A stretch of DNA of 64,000 nucleotides from an uncultured Spirochaetota bacterium (GCA_963820525.1 CAWGAA010000001.1:1248001-1312000); one strand, 5' to 3'. Shown: positions 9,189 through 19,720, numbered from the stretch's first letter. Notes: generated by a model not told the origin, from the sequence alone. Numbers and translations: made by a program.

Positions 9189-10397
9189 TCACTTCGTGCC
9201 TTCATGCGAAGAAGCCCGACCTTCAATTATCGCGCTAACTTCGGTATCGATCACCCCTACTGCGTTCCGCAGCCGAGTGGCCATCTTTCCTCTCTTCTCC
9301 CAGGTCTTGTCGTGGGTACGTTTCTCCTCAACATCGAGATCAAGTATCTCATTCGACAAGCGTGTGGCTTCGACCAAGTGCTGTCGGAAAACCTCTGAGG
9401 CGATGTATTTATAGAGTTGCTCTTTCTTGTTAGCCTTCTCGGTCTGGCTCAGCTTGAGAGCACTCATGCGGGTCATAGCCTCACGGAGCAGGCGGACGAT
9501 CTCCACCGCCCGAGCACGGTTGACTACGATTACCCCTGTCTCCTTGTCGACGTAAAGCTCCTTCTTTCCCCGGGGGTAGACCGTAGTGGCCAAGACCGCG
9601 TGCTCTGCCTTCTCCGCCATTTGATCTTCACGCAGCTTCGTCACGTACGAGTTCTGCCAGCTATTGCGGTTCTTTGAGTCGATGAGGATAGTCCCACACG
9701 ACTCGCCCCTGTAAATTACCTGGTGGCGTATATCTGCGCCTGGCTCGCCCCTCTTAACGCGCTTAATGTCGTCACGGGCGAATGCATCGCGCAGAGCATC
9801 AAAGACATCAATTTCTGCACCTTCTCCGAGCTCATCCGCGGTTTTGTGTTGCACCTGGCGCGTCAGGGCATCAATCTTCTGCTGGAGCTGCTCGCGCTCG
9901 CGATTGTTCTGGACCTGTACCTTGAGGACCTGCGAGTCGCGGTCCTTTTCCAGAACTGAGCGCTGCTGCTCCAGTTCCTTCTTGTTTGCGGTTTCGAGCT
10001 GCTTCAGCTTCGCAGTGGCCTCGTCCCTCTCTGCCGCGAGAGTGGATAGCTTGCCGCTCGCTTCTTCCTTGACTCGGGCCTCGGCCTGGGCCGCGGCTTG
10101 CTTGCGAACTGCTGCTTCGTTGTCTTGCAGTTCTTTGATTTTCGCGGCTGCCTTGTCCCGCTCGGCGGTTATCTCAGCGAGTTTCCCGTCGGCTTCCTTC
10201 CTTAGCCGCGCCTCCACCTTCTGCATCTTGGCGCTGAACTGCTGCTCCATCAGAGTCCGCTCTTCAGCCAGTTTCTGATGTTCCTCCTCTGCGATTTTGT
10301 TCTTGATCTCGATGAATTTCACCCGCGAAATCGTGGATCCACACCACGGGCACTTCTCTGTGGCTACCCGAGACCGAACAGCGACCTCTGTGCTCAT
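9189..10397 (-). CDS. DUF2130-like protein (CxxC Zn knuckle, long coiled coil, C-terminal PD-(D/E)xK-like domain)
   Basis: CPWCG, E/K/A-rich coiled coil, and GEGAE...GADIRHQV...CGTILIDSKN...W..KLREDQ. Confidence 0.8.
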   Translation of the reverse strand: MSTEVAVRSRVATEKCPWCGSTISRVKFIEIKNKIAEEEHQKLAEERTLMEQQFSAKMQKVEARLRKEADGKLAEITAERDKAAAKIKELQDNEAAVRKQAAAQAEARVKEEASGKLSTLAAERDEATAKLKQLETANKKELEQQRSVLEKDRDSQVLKVQVQNNREREQLQQKIDALTRQVQHKTADELGEGAEIDVFDALRDAFARDDIKRVKRGEPGADIRHQVIYRGESCGTILIDSKNRNSWQNSYVTKLREDQMAEKAEHAVLATTVYPRGKKELYVDKETGVIVVNRARAVEIVRLLREAMTRMSALKLSQTEKANKKEQLYKYIASEVFRQHLVEATRLSNEILDLDVEEKRTHDKTWEKRGKMATRLRNAVGVIDTEVSAIIEGRASSHEGTK

Positions 10398-10559
10398 AAG
10401 GCACCTCCCCTCTCCCTCCTTAGAAGGAGTCAAAAGGAGTATACTACTCCTTTTATGTCCTTGTCAAGTCTTTCTACAACGAAATCTCCGGGGTTCCTTT
10501 CGCCCGACGAAAAGCCAATTGACTGCAATGCCTTGATTGTATGACTATGCTCCATCACC

Positions 10560-11360
10560 ATGCCGGACCCATCGGCCACCAGCAATATCCACGAGAGGAT
10601 CAAAAAAGCCGCCTCCCTCATTCGCTCCGCGCGCTACCTCACCGCCTTCACGGGCGCGGGCATCTCCGTGGAGAGCGGCATCCCGCCCTTCCGCGGCCCC
10701 GGCGGGCTGTGGAACAAATACGACCCACGGATGCTGGAGATCGACTACTTCCTGGCCAACCCCGGGAAGGCATGGCCGGTGATCCGCGAGATCTTCTACG
10801 ACCACTTCGGCCGCGCGCGGCCCAACCGCGCTCACCAGGTGCTCGCCCGCCTGGAGAATGAGGGGTTGGCGCGCGATCCCGACGGCCCTGGCCGCCTCCA
10901 GGTCCTCATCACCCAGAACATCGACAACCTTCATTTTGAGGCCGGCTCGCGGAAGGTCGTCGAGTTTCACGGAAACTCACGGACCCTTGTCTGCATGGCT
11001 TGCCGAAAGAGCCGCCCCGCGGAGCCGAAGTTGCTGGAAGTCCTTCCTCCCCGCTGTCCCTGCGGCGGCATCTACAAGCCGGATTTCATTTTCTTTGGAG
11101 AAGGGATCCCGCCGCGCGCACTGGCGGAGTCGCAGGATGCCGCGCGGAAAACCGATGTCATGCTGGTGGTCGGCTCCACGGGAGAAGTGTATCCGGCCGC
11201 GGGCGTTCCGCGCCAGGCCAAGGACGGCGGCGCCAAAATCATAGAGATAAATCCCTCGATGTCGGAGTTCACAGTCTCCGTGACCGACCTCTTCATCCCG
11301 CTGGGGGCGGGAGAAGCCCTCGCGCTCATCGAGCAGGAGCTCACCGGCACGCAACCATGA
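10560..11360 (+). CDS. cobB: NAD-dependent deacylase (Sir2/CobB), copy 1
   Basis: [27 protein letters not shown], two CxxC-type Zn pairs, VGSTG. Confidence 0.92.
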   Translation: MPDPSATSNIHERIKKAASLIRSARYLTAFTGAGISVESGIPPFRGPGGLWNKYDPRMLEIDYFLANPGKAWPVIREIFYDHFGRARPNRAHQVLARLENEGLARDPDGPGRLQVLITQNIDNLHFEAGSRKVVEFHGNSRTLVCMACRKSRPAEPKLLEVLPPRCPCGGIYKPDFIFFGEGIPPRALAESQDAARKTDVMLVVGSTGEVYPAAGVPRQAKDGGAKIIEINPSMSEFTVSVTDLFIPLGAGEALALIEQELTGTQP

Positions 11361-11754
11361 AGGAGAACCTGAAGATGAAGCTCATCGACCTTCGAAGCGA
11401 TACCGTCACCCGGCCGTCGCCGGAGATGCGCAAGGCCATGTACGACGCCGAAGTGGGAGACGACGTGTACGGGGAAGACCCCACGGTGAACAGGCTCCAG
11501 GAGCTGTCGGCCGAAATCACGGGCAAGGAGGCGGCGCTGTTCGTGAGCTCCGGCTCCCATGGGCAACCTCATCCCCATTTACCTCAACTGCGGGCGTGGC
11601 AACGAGCTGCTGATCGATTCCCGCGGCCATGTCATCAACTATGAAATGGCATCTGTGGCAAACATCGCAGGAAGCCTGCCCGTCGCCATCCCCACGGAAA
11701 AGGGAATCCTCGCGGCGGAGCAGCTTGGGGAGCGCATCAGACCGGACATCTATT
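10902..11754 (+). repeat. ~850-bp direct repeat (cobB 3' half + ltaE 5' part), matches about 61419-62270
   Basis: Near-identical sequence from GTCCTCATCACCCAGAACATCGAC to CCGGACATCTATT, with scattered, mostly synonymous differences. Confidence 0.9.
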
Positions 11755-11756
11755 AA
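11357..11756 (+). pseudogene. ltaE: Low-specificity L-threonine aldolase, 5' fragment
   Basis: [12 protein letters not shown]...GDDVYGEDP. Frameshift near 11557, truncated at RPDIY*. Confidence 0.85.
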
Positions 11757-12257
11757 AATGGCTTGGAACGGCGGGGCGTCGCGAGCTTTTTTGCGAAACA
11801 GCGCGCCCGACTCATCGCCGTCTACAAGTTTGCCGAGGAACGCAATCTCCTTGTTTGCGGGAGCGCCCATAAATCCGAGGACTACGTCGGGCTCTACGTC
11901 AAATTCGGCGTCGACGACGCGGCGGACATCATGCCGCTCAAGTACCTTTACCGGACGCAAATTCTGCAACTTGCCGAACACTTAAACGTCCCTCCGGAAA
12001 TCAGGGCGAGGACGCCCAACCCAGATCTTGTCCCCGGCGTATCGGACAAATACCGCGACATCCTCCATCTCGAATCGGGGAAGCTGGATCTCCTGCTCTA
12101 CGGGATCGAGCGGGGAATGAAGACAAACTTGATCGCCGAGGCCTTAGACATTCCGCAAAAAAAGGTGCTTGAAATCGAGGAGCTCGTCAGGCTCACGGCG
12201 CATATGCGCAATCCGGTCATGGCGCCCGTATTGAACGGAAAATGCCGGATGGCCTGA
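11757..12257 (+). pseudogene. nadE: NAD+ synthetase, 3' fragment
   Basis: KQRARL...GSAHKSEDYVGLYVKFGVDDAADIMPL..LYRTQ..LAEHL. The N-terminal SGGxDS region is missing and the fragment is fused directly to ltaE'. Confidence 0.75.
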
Positions 12258-12509
12258 GTGCCTTGCTCGCGGGGCGGTCGGCTGAGCGCTGTTCGGCACG
12301 ACCCGGTTCCTTCATCCAAAGTGGCTTCTCATATCAATTTTAGTCTGTTACAATAAACGATGGATTTTGCCGTGTGACACAACGAATGGGGTGCAAAAAC
12401 TGTGTGAAGAAAGTTCATCAATTGAAAAAGATTCCATACCGGTTTTTGATTCCATCGTCCGCTCGCTGTCTCATCTGGTTTGCTCGAATATCGATCAAGG
12501 AGTGATACC

Positions 12510-13574
12510 GTGGCGAATGATGTGATTGATATCAACGGCGCGCCTGCGATTACCGGCTTGCTATTCCGCCGCTTCCGCGGCCCGAGCGACTTCCCCCTGA
12601 TGGCCGCAGTGTTCACGGCGAGCGCCGAGGCGGATCACGTGGAGCAGGTCACGTCTATCGAACAGATCGCCTTTAACTATGCCCATCTCGTCAACTCGGA
12701 TCCCGAACGCGACATGATTTTTGCCGAAAAAAACAAAGAGCTGATCGGATACGCGCGCTGCTGGTGGTACGAGGAGGCGAATGGCCCCCATCTGTACGGA
12801 TTCCTGCTGCATCTCCTTCCCGCTTGGCGTGGGAAGGGCATCGGCCGGTCGATGCTGCATTGGCTTGAAAACCGCCTGTGCGTGATCGCCGGCGGCCATC
12901 CCGTATGCTGCGCGAAATTCTTTCAAGCCGTTGCCTCGCAATACGAGAGGGATAAGACCGCGCTCTTGGAACGGGAAGGCTATCAGCCTGTCCGCTTTAG
13001 CTGGGAAATGGTGCGGCAATCGCTGGACGACATTCCCGACTTTCCCCTGCCCGCGGGCCTGGAAGTCCGCCCGTCGCTCCCCGAGCATTACCGGCCTATC
13101 TGGGAGGCCTCCAATGAAGCCTTTCGCGATCATTGGGGTTACGCGGAACCGACGGAAGATCATTACCAGGCTTGGCTCGCCGACAAAACTCTTTTTCAGC
13201 CGCATCTCTGGCAAATCGCCTGGGACATCGCGACGGATCAAGTGGCGGGGCAGGTACGCACATTCATCGACCATGCCCAGCACGAAAAATTCAAACGCAA
13301 ACGCAGCTACACGGAGAGCATCAGCGTGCGGCGTCCGTGGCGCAGACGCGGCCTCGCGCGCGCGCTCATCAGCTTAAGCCTCAGAGCGCAAAAGGAATAA
13401 GGCATGACCGAATCCGCCTTGGGCGTGGACAGCGAGAACCTCAGCGGCGCCACGCGCGTTTATGAGGACTGCGGTTTTCGCGTTGTCAAACAGAATACAA
13501 TTTATCGAAAACCGCTGCCGCTCTCAAATGGGGCCGGAGAATCTTTGGGACAGGCGCGCTGGACAGTACGTTGA
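12510..13574 (+). pseudogene. Tandem GNAT acetyltransferase with an internal TAA at 13398
   Basis: PAWRGKGIG and RPWRRRGLA motifs. The frame continues past the stop as GMTESALGVDSENLSGATRVYEDCGF. Confidence 0.8.
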
Positions 13575-13630
13575 AGCCGACGACGAATGTGCCGGCATGA
13601 ACGGGCGTCGAGACGATTTTAATGGTAGTA

Positions 13631-14285
13631 AATGGTAGTAACGACTATAGCTCGCGACGGGGGCTTCGAGGAGGTCCAGACAGGAGTTGGCCCCCCAGGA
13701 CAGCAGGGCGGATGCACCTGACGGCGCAGGAAGCGCTGGCGCGATGCGTCGTGCAGGCAGGGCGGGGTGCAGAAGGCGATCGGAGTTTGCGCAAGGGTCA
13801 GTCGGCTGGCGTGAGGACAAGAATCTGGCGCGCGTGGGAACGAGGGGAGAAGATTCAACCCAGGGACGCGGCTTCAAGGCCCGGGGGAGCCGCGCCGGTC
13901 TTGATGAGGTGGCGGAGGATTCTGAGGATCTGCGGGGGATCGGTGATGACGGCGAGGACCCGCATCGGGGAACCACAACGGCGGCAGCGCAGCGGGCTCT
14001 CGCTGTTTGCTGCGCAAACAGCTGCCGCCTATGAGATCGACCTCGTAGATCTTTGCAAGCAGCCGAGCCCAGCCGGAGCGGGACTCCGTGGCGGACACGG
14101 ACAGATTCGGCGTGTCCTGGGGGGGCTGGGCCGAGGTGCAGAGCAGGCCGGGACTGGTGGTCCTTCTTCCAGCCGTCGGGAGCCAGGCGGAGGAGGTGGG
14201 GCTTGCGGGACCATGTGCCACGCGATCGCGAGGAATACAGGCCGTAGCGGCGAATCAACCTGGCCCCCGTGTCCGGAAGGTGTTG
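13631..14285 (-). mobile_element. IS91-family element, partial copy 1 (downstream/ori end plus transposase 3' end)
   Basis: Near-identical to 52608-53222. Preceded by a tandem duplication of AATGGTAGTA and carries a 40-bp insertion at 13996-14035. Confidence 0.88.
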
Positions 14286-14400
14286 AGAAAGTATAGCTCC
14301 AAACCCTGCAAGAAAACTGCGGGGGTTAATCCTGCCGGTAGATGCATCGTGAAAGAAGATGATATATTCTTCAAGTTCGATTTTCTTTCCGAGGTACATC

Positions 14401-15441
14401 ATGAAAGCAGCCCAACTGACCGCCATCAGGCGATTCGAGATCCGGGAGGTCCCGGACCCGAACATCACAAATGACACCGACGTCCGTATCCGCGTCACCA
14501 CCGTCGGTGTGTGCGGCTCGGACATCCACTATTACACGGACGGCCGCATCGGGACGCAGGTGGTCGAGTTCCCGTTCACCATCGGGCACGAGGCGGCCGG
14601 AGTGGTCGAGCGCACAGGGAAGGCGGTAAAGCGCGTCAAGCCCGGCGACCGCATCGCCATCGACCCTGCTTGTTATTGCGGAATATGCGACCAATGCCGG
14701 GCCGGCCGGGAAAACACCTGCCGCCGGCTCAAGTTCCTGGGCTGTCCCAAGCAGCTCGACGGCTGCCTGAGCGAATACATCGTCGTGCACGAACACTGCT
14801 GTTTCCCGATTCCGCGGGGCATGACCTTCGAGCAGGCCGCGCTCTCCGAGCCCCTCGGCATCGCCGTGTATTCCGTGGAACGCACCTTTCCCGGCCGCGG
14901 CGCGACCGCGGGCATCCTCGGCCTCGGTCCTATTGGCCTGTCCGTGTTCCACGTGCTGCGCGATCACAAGGCCGGCGACGTCTTCGTCACGGACAAAATC
15001 CCCGGGCGCCTCGTCTTCGCGAAGGATCTCAAGCCGAAGTGGAGCGGCCGGCCGGACCAGACCGAGGTGGCGAAGGAGATCCTCGCACGGGAGCCTTTGG
15101 GCCTCGACCTCGTCTACGAGTGCTCAGGAGATCCGGCGGCCGTCGCCCAGGGCATCCGGCTGTGCAAACCGGGCGGCCGGCTCGTCATCATCGGCATCCC
15201 GGAAGTCGATGACATCGTCTTTCCCATCCACGAGCTGCGCCGGAACGAAATCACCGTCTACAACATCCGCCGCCAGGCGAACTGCACCCGGAAAGCCATC
15301 GACCTGATCGCGAAGAGACGGGTGAACCTGGATTCACTGGTAACGCACCGCTTTCCGCTCGAGCGGACGCAGGAGGCCTTCGACCTCGTCGCCGGCTACC
15401 GCGATGGAGTGATGAAGGCGATGATCACGATCGGGCAATGA
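14401..15441 (+). CDS. Zn-dependent alcohol/polyol dehydrogenase
   Basis: GVCGSD, GHEAAG, CGICDQC...C, GLGPIG. Confidence 0.9.
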   Translation: MKAAQLTAIRRFEIREVPDPNITNDTDVRIRVTTVGVCGSDIHYYTDGRIGTQVVEFPFTIGHEAAGVVERTGKAVKRVKPGDRIAIDPACYCGICDQCRAGRENTCRRLKFLGCPKQLDGCLSEYIVVHEHCCFPIPRGMTFEQAALSEPLGIAVYSVERTFPGRGATAGILGLGPIGLSVFHVLRDHKAGDVFVTDKIPGRLVFAKDLKPKWSGRPDQTEVAKEILAREPLGLDLVYECSGDPAAVAQGIRLCKPGGRLVIIGIPEVDDIVFPIHELRRNEITVYNIRRQANCTRKAIDLIAKRRVNLDSLVTHRFPLERTQEAFDLVAGYRDGVMKAMITIGQ

Positions 15442-16955
15442 TGAGCAGGCGATTCAAGACGGGCGCAGCCGGCCTGGTCATCGGCCTCGATGCCTCGACC
15501 ACGGGCGCCAAAGCGCTCGCCCTCGACCGGGACGGCCGGGTCGTCGCCCAGGCAACGCACCCCATTCCTCTCTCCTCCCCGCGGCCGAATCTCTACGAGC
15601 AGGACCCGGCGGACTGGTGGAAGGCGGCGCGCCTGACGCTCGGATCGGTGGCGCGCGCGGTCGGGGCGGAGCGCATCTCCGCCCTGGCGGTCTCGAACCA
15701 GCGGGAGACCTTCGTGCCCTTGGGACCGAACGGCCGGCCGCTCCGGCCCGCCATCATCTGGCTCGACGAGCGCTGCAAGGGCGAGGTCGAGCCCTTTTCC
15801 CGAAAAATCGGCAAGAGGAAAATCCTCGCGATCACGGGCAAGCCGGCGGACTACGCGCCGGTGGTCTACCGCCTCGCCTGGATGAAGCGCCACGAGCCGA
15901 GGCTCTTCGAGCGGACAGGCATGTTCTGCGACGTGCATGCATACCTTTCCGGGAAACTCACGGGCGGGTTCAGAACGAGCTGGGCAAGCGCCGATCCGCT
16001 CGGCCTCTTCGACCTCAGGAGCAAACGATGGTCCCCGGTCATTTTGAAGGCGCTCGGGCTCTCGCCAAACCGGCTGCCCGAAGCCCTCCGCCCGGGCGCG
16101 GTGCTCGGCGAAATAACCCCGGCGGCGGCGCGTGAGTGCGGCCTTGCGGCCGGCACGTCCGTGGTTGCCGGCGGAGGCGACGGCCAGGCGGCGGGCCTGG
16201 GCGTGAACGCGCTCTGCGGCGCGCGAGCCTACCTCAACCTGGGCACCGCGGTGGTGGCCGGCGTGTTCGGCGACGCCTGCCGGACGAGCACCGCCTTCCG
16301 CACGCTCATCGCCTGCGCCGACTCGGGTTTCTACTACGAATGCAGCCTGCGCTCCGGCTCCTTCGCGATTGACTGGCTCGTGAAAAACGTCCTCGGCCTC
16401 GACCCTAAAACAGACCCCGGCGTCTACAGCCGCCTGGAAGAAGGAGCGCGCCGGCTCGGGCCCGGCAGCGACGGCCTCTTCCACCTCCCGTACCTCTGCG
16501 GCGTCATGAACCCCTATTGGGACATGGACGCCCGCGGCGCCTTCACCGGCCTCTCCTCCTCGCACGGCCGATATCACCTCTACCGCGCGGTTCTCGAAGG
16601 CATCGCCTTTGAGCAGGCGCTCGCCTTGAGTGCCGTGGAGGGGGCCGTGGGCGAACCGGTGCGCGAGCTCGTCGCCATCGGCGGGGGGGCTTCGAACGCG
16701 CTCTGGCTCCGGATCCTGGCCGACGTGACCGGCAAATCCATCTGCCTTCCGGCCAACACCGAGGCGTCGGCCCTGGGCGCCGGGATCGCGGCCGCAGTGG
16801 GCGCGGGTTGGTTCGGGAGCTTTGCCGAAGCCGCCGCCGCCATGACCGTGGTGAAAAAAATCATCGAGCCGGATCCGAAGAACCGCAAGGTGTACCGGGA
16901 GCTTTTCGAAAAGTATCGACTGATTTATCCGAGTCTCAAAGGCGATAAAGGATAA
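15438..16955 (+). CDS. FGGY-family carbohydrate kinase (xylulokinase-like)
   Basis: IGLDASTT, SNQRET, IWLDER, GGGDG, GGGAS. ATGA overlap with the dehydrogenase. Confidence 0.9.
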   Translation: MMSRRFKTGAAGLVIGLDASTTGAKALALDRDGRVVAQATHPIPLSSPRPNLYEQDPADWWKAARLTLGSVARAVGAERISALAVSNQRETFVPLGPNGRPLRPAIIWLDERCKGEVEPFSRKIGKRKILAITGKPADYAPVVYRLAWMKRHEPRLFERTGMFCDVHAYLSGKLTGGFRTSWASADPLGLFDLRSKRWSPVILKALGLSPNRLPEALRPGAVLGEITPAAARECGLAAGTSVVAGGGDGQAAGLGVNALCGARAYLNLGTAVVAGVFGDACRTSTAFRTLIACADSGFYYECSLRSGSFAIDWLVKNVLGLDPKTDPGVYSRLEEGARRLGPGSDGLFHLPYLCGVMNPYWDMDARGAFTGLSSSHGRYHLYRAVLEGIAFEQALALSAVEGAVGEPVRELVAIGGGASNALWLRILADVTGKSICLPANTEASALGAGIAAAVGAGWFGSFAEAAAAMTVVKKIIEPDPKNRKVYRELFEKYRLIYPSLKGDKG

Positions 16956-17090
16956 CCGGTCCTCCTTCTCCCGCTCTACACCTCTTCACGTCGATGGGGA
17001 AGGCCCGCCGCCAGCCGCTCCGGGTCAGTTGAAGCTCAGATTCCGCATCACACCGAATGAGCGCCCGCCGCCAACTTCGCGCGAGTCTTC

Positions 17091-17861
17091 CTATCTCCGC
17101 ACCATTCGAATGAAGTCGAATGAGACACCTTCAAGCGTAAAGCAGCACGCCTTCTCTCCCTTCCGCTCGATGATAGAGAGGGTTTGCTCGTGGCGGTACC
17201 CGACCGGTACGACCATCCTCCCCTCCGCGGCTGACAGCTGGGCGGTCAGGTGCCAGATATTCGACAGGTGTGGGACCGAAGCGGCCACGATGATGCCGTC
17301 GAAGGGGCATTTCTCGACGAGTCCTTCCTGGCCGTTGCCCGCGAAAAGCTCGATGCGTCCCCGGTGAGGGAAGTGCCTCCGGATCGAGAGATACCGTCTC
17401 ACGCATTCCCTTTTGTTTTGCGCTCTCTTCAGCCTTTTATCGACCTTGTATCCGAGCCGCACGAGGATTCCGTTCGCGACATCCGCAACCGACCGGTCGA
17501 TCTCGATTGTGCATACGTTCACACTCATCTCCGCCAGGACTGCAGCCTGGTAGCCCGTGCCGGTTCCCATCTCGAGCAGCCTGTCGCCCTTGGATACTCC
17601 GGCGAGGGAAATCATCTGCGCGACGACGGAGGGAGCGGAAGTGGTCAATCCTCGGCAGGTTGGCAGGGCGTTATCCGTGTACGCAAGGGCTTTGTAGCCC
17701 TCATTGACGAACAGGTGTCTGGGGACGTTTCTTATGGCGGAAAGGATGGCGGGGTTTCTGTAGCTGTCCGGAAAGTTCTGCACGATCCGTTCTTCGAGAA
17801 GAGAGACATTCTCCCGGAAAAACCCGTACTCATCTTCGGAAAAGACGAACTCCCAGGACAT
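17091..17861 (-). CDS. pcm: Protein-L-isoaspartate O-methyltransferase
   Basis: VPRHLFV, AYTDNALP, LEMGTGTGYQAAVLAE, PFDGIIVAA. Confidence 0.82.
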   Translation of the reverse strand: MSWEFVFSEDEYGFFRENVSLLEERIVQNFPDSYRNPAILSAIRNVPRHLFVNEGYKALAYTDNALPTCRGLTTSAPSVVAQMISLAGVSKGDRLLEMGTGTGYQAAVLAEMSVNVCTIEIDRSVADVANGILVRLGYKVDKRLKRAQNKRECVRRYLSIRRHFPHRGRIELFAGNGQEGLVEKCPFDGIIVAASVPHLSNIWHLTAQLSAAEGRMVVPVGYRHEQTLSIIERKGEKACCFTLEGVSFDFIRMVRR

Positions 17862-17891
17862 TGCCGCCGGCTCCCGCCGCTTGATCGATTG

Positions 17892-18413
17892 TCATGCGTC
17901 ACGCCCGTCCCTGAGGATCACAGGCAAGAGAGCGGCCGCGAGACTTTCCCGATTGCCGGGATCCAATTCGAAGAGCGAAATATCCGGCCTCCGCTTGACG
18001 CGCTCGATGAATCCGGTGCCGCGGCGTGCGATCGTCGCGATGCATATCCTTTGCGAATCGAGGATTGCCGTGACGAGCCGCTGGAACTCCTTTGAAAGGC
18101 ATTCCATTTTCCCGATCTCGTCGATGACGACGTACTTCGTGGCCTGGTCCAGGAAGGGAAGGGAACCCAGGAATCGCTCGAATCCTTCCACGTCCACGCC
18201 GTACTTGCCGACTCGGAAAGAGCCGTGGATGTCGACGTGGGACAGCAATCCCGTCCTTCCGTCCAAGCTCACAAGCGTGAATCCCGTGCGCGCGCCTCCA
18301 TCGCGGATCTCTTCGGTGGTGAAACCTACGGGGTGAAAGGGTTGCAGCGTTCGGACGATTTCTCGGATAACAGTGGTTTTACCTATCCCCGGCATGCCCG
18401 TGATGAGATACAT
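17892..18413 (-). CDS. NTPase_1 family nucleoside triphosphatase
   Basis: ITGMPGIGKTT, GFTTEEIR, VGKYGVD, VIDEIGKME. Confidence 0.88.
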   Translation of the reverse strand: MYLITGMPGIGKTTVIREIVRTLQPFHPVGFTTEEIRDGGARTGFTLVSLDGRTGLLSHVDIHGSFRVGKYGVDVEGFERFLGSLPFLDQATKYVVIDEIGKMECLSKEFQRLVTAILDSQRICIATIARRGTGFIERVKRRPDISLFELDPGNRESLAAALLPVILRDGRDA

Positions 18414-18506
18414 GCTTCCGCTCCAGTCTCACCGTTGTCGATTCTTTCGTCAAGACGATTGGCAGCAGGACTGTGTTATAATCAGTGGCGGAATGCACAG
18501 GGGGAA

Positions 18507-19127
18507 ATGATCTCTTCGAACGGAAAACAGGTCATACAACTTCCTCCGCCTCAAAGGGAGAGTCCAACATCGATCGAGGAGGCTCTCCTCAGGAGAAGAT
18601 CGATTCGGGAGTATCGGCAGGAGACCCTGTCGCTCAAGGAGCTCGCACAGCTGCTTTGGGCGGCACAGGGAGTGACGGACCCGGGAGGGTACAGGACAGC
18701 GCCTTCGGCGGGAGCGCTCTTTCCTATCGAGCTCTTCGTCGCAGCCGGAAACGTGAACGAAGTTCCCGCGGGCGTCTACAAATACGTGCCTGACAGGCAT
18801 TGGCTCGTCATGGGACTCCACGGTGACAGGAGAAACAGCATTTATACGGCGGCGTTGATGCAGGACCCTATCAGGAGAGCCGAGGCTGTTCTCGTTTTCG
18901 CCGTCGTCTACGAGCGGACAACGAGGAAATACGGCGAGAGGGGGATACGGTACGCGCAGATCGATGTGGGTCACGCGGCGCAGAATGTCTACCTGCAGTG
19001 CGTCTCCCTGAACCTGGGGACGGTTGCCATCGGGGCCTTTTTCGATGTGGGGGTGAAAAAGGCCATTGGGGCGAAAGATGATGAAGTTCCCCTCTACATT
19101 ATGCCTATCGGGAGAGGGAGTCTCTGA
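18507..19127 (+). CDS. SagB/ThcOx-family nitroreductase-like dehydrogenase
   Basis: RRRSIREY, LLWAAQG, RTAPSAGALFP, GHAAQNVYL. Confidence 0.9.
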   Translation: MISSNGKQVIQLPPPQRESPTSIEEALLRRRSIREYRQETLSLKELAQLLWAAQGVTDPGGYRTAPSAGALFPIELFVAAGNVNEVPAGVYKYVPDRHWLVMGLHGDRRNSIYTAALMQDPIRRAEAVLVFAVVYERTTRKYGERGIRYAQIDVGHAAQNVYLQCVSLNLGTVAIGAFFDVGVKKAIGAKDDEVPLYIMPIGRGSL

Positions 19128-19142
19128 TTCCGGGAGGATACC

Positions 19143-19346
19143 ATGGCTGTTCAGATCTGCAAGTACTGTGCGAAAAGAATATCGGGCAAAATCCCCGGTT
19201 TCTGCTCGAGAAGCCCAAACAAGAACCACGAGCTCATCATCGAACAGGCCCAATACATCTGCAAGTATTGCGGCAAGAAGTCGACAGAACCGTTTGCAGG
19301 TCCCTGCAAGGCAAGTCCCCACAAGAACCATGAGATGGTCGGATGA
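19143..19346 (+). CDS. Small Cys/His-rich protein with two CKYC-x-C-x-SP-x-KNHE repeats
   Basis: GGAGG RBS and a clear internal duplication of a C2-C-H motif. Confidence 0.7.
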   Translation: MAVQICKYCAKRISGKIPGFCSRSPNKNHELIIEQAQYICKYCGKKSTEPFAGPCKASPHKNHEMVG

Positions 19347-19349
19347 TGC

Positions 19350-19720
19350 GGATCGAAGGCGGGGCTGCCGTGCGGCCTGTGCGCGAACGAGTGCCGCATG
19401 GATCCGGAACAACGGGGCTACTGCGGATTGATCACCCATGCGCTTCATGCCTCCCTCATCGCTCTCGAGGATGCCGGGGGGAGGATCCTGCGGATCTGCT
19501 GGGAGACCAACGGATCGATGGCCCCTGACCTGCTCGAGCAGGCGGCACTCCTGTCTCTTGGCTCCGGAGGCTGCATCAAGTTCGATCTAAAGGCCTGGAG
19601 CGAGGAGCTCAGCGTTGCCCTGTGCGGCGCGAGTAACAGGAGGACCCTCGAGAGCTTACGCTTCCTCGCCGGCCTTGCCGCGCGAAGACCTGATCCTCCA
19701 TTCCTTGTCGTGAGCCCCGT
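19350..19720 (+). pseudogene. Radical SAM (PFL-activase-like) remnant with an internal deletion
   Basis: CGLCANECRM...GYCGL joined directly to ICWETNG...IKFDLKAW; the CxxxCxxC core is missing. Confidence 0.65.

Noticed and set aside
10560..11360. Sir2 protein as a ThsA-like or other defence NADase partnering the TIR
   Set aside because: It is a classical Zn-binding CobB deacylase linked to ltaE, with no SLOG/STALD or defence-type Sir2 features.
13524..14525. Long ORFs overlapping IS91 copies (also 21022-22369, 52009-53294, 53613-54393)
   Set aside because: Shadow frames of GC-rich IS91 DNA with no independent motifs.
15396..16577. Long antisense ORFs opposite the kinase, dehydrogenase and P-type ATPase
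   Set aside because: Typical antisense shadows caused by high GC3 codon bias.
18507..19720. RiPP cluster (SagB-like + Cys-rich peptide + radical SAM)
   Set aside because: No YcaO, transporter or leader peptide; the SagB-like gene is the common stand-alone type and the radical SAM gene is a deleted remnant.
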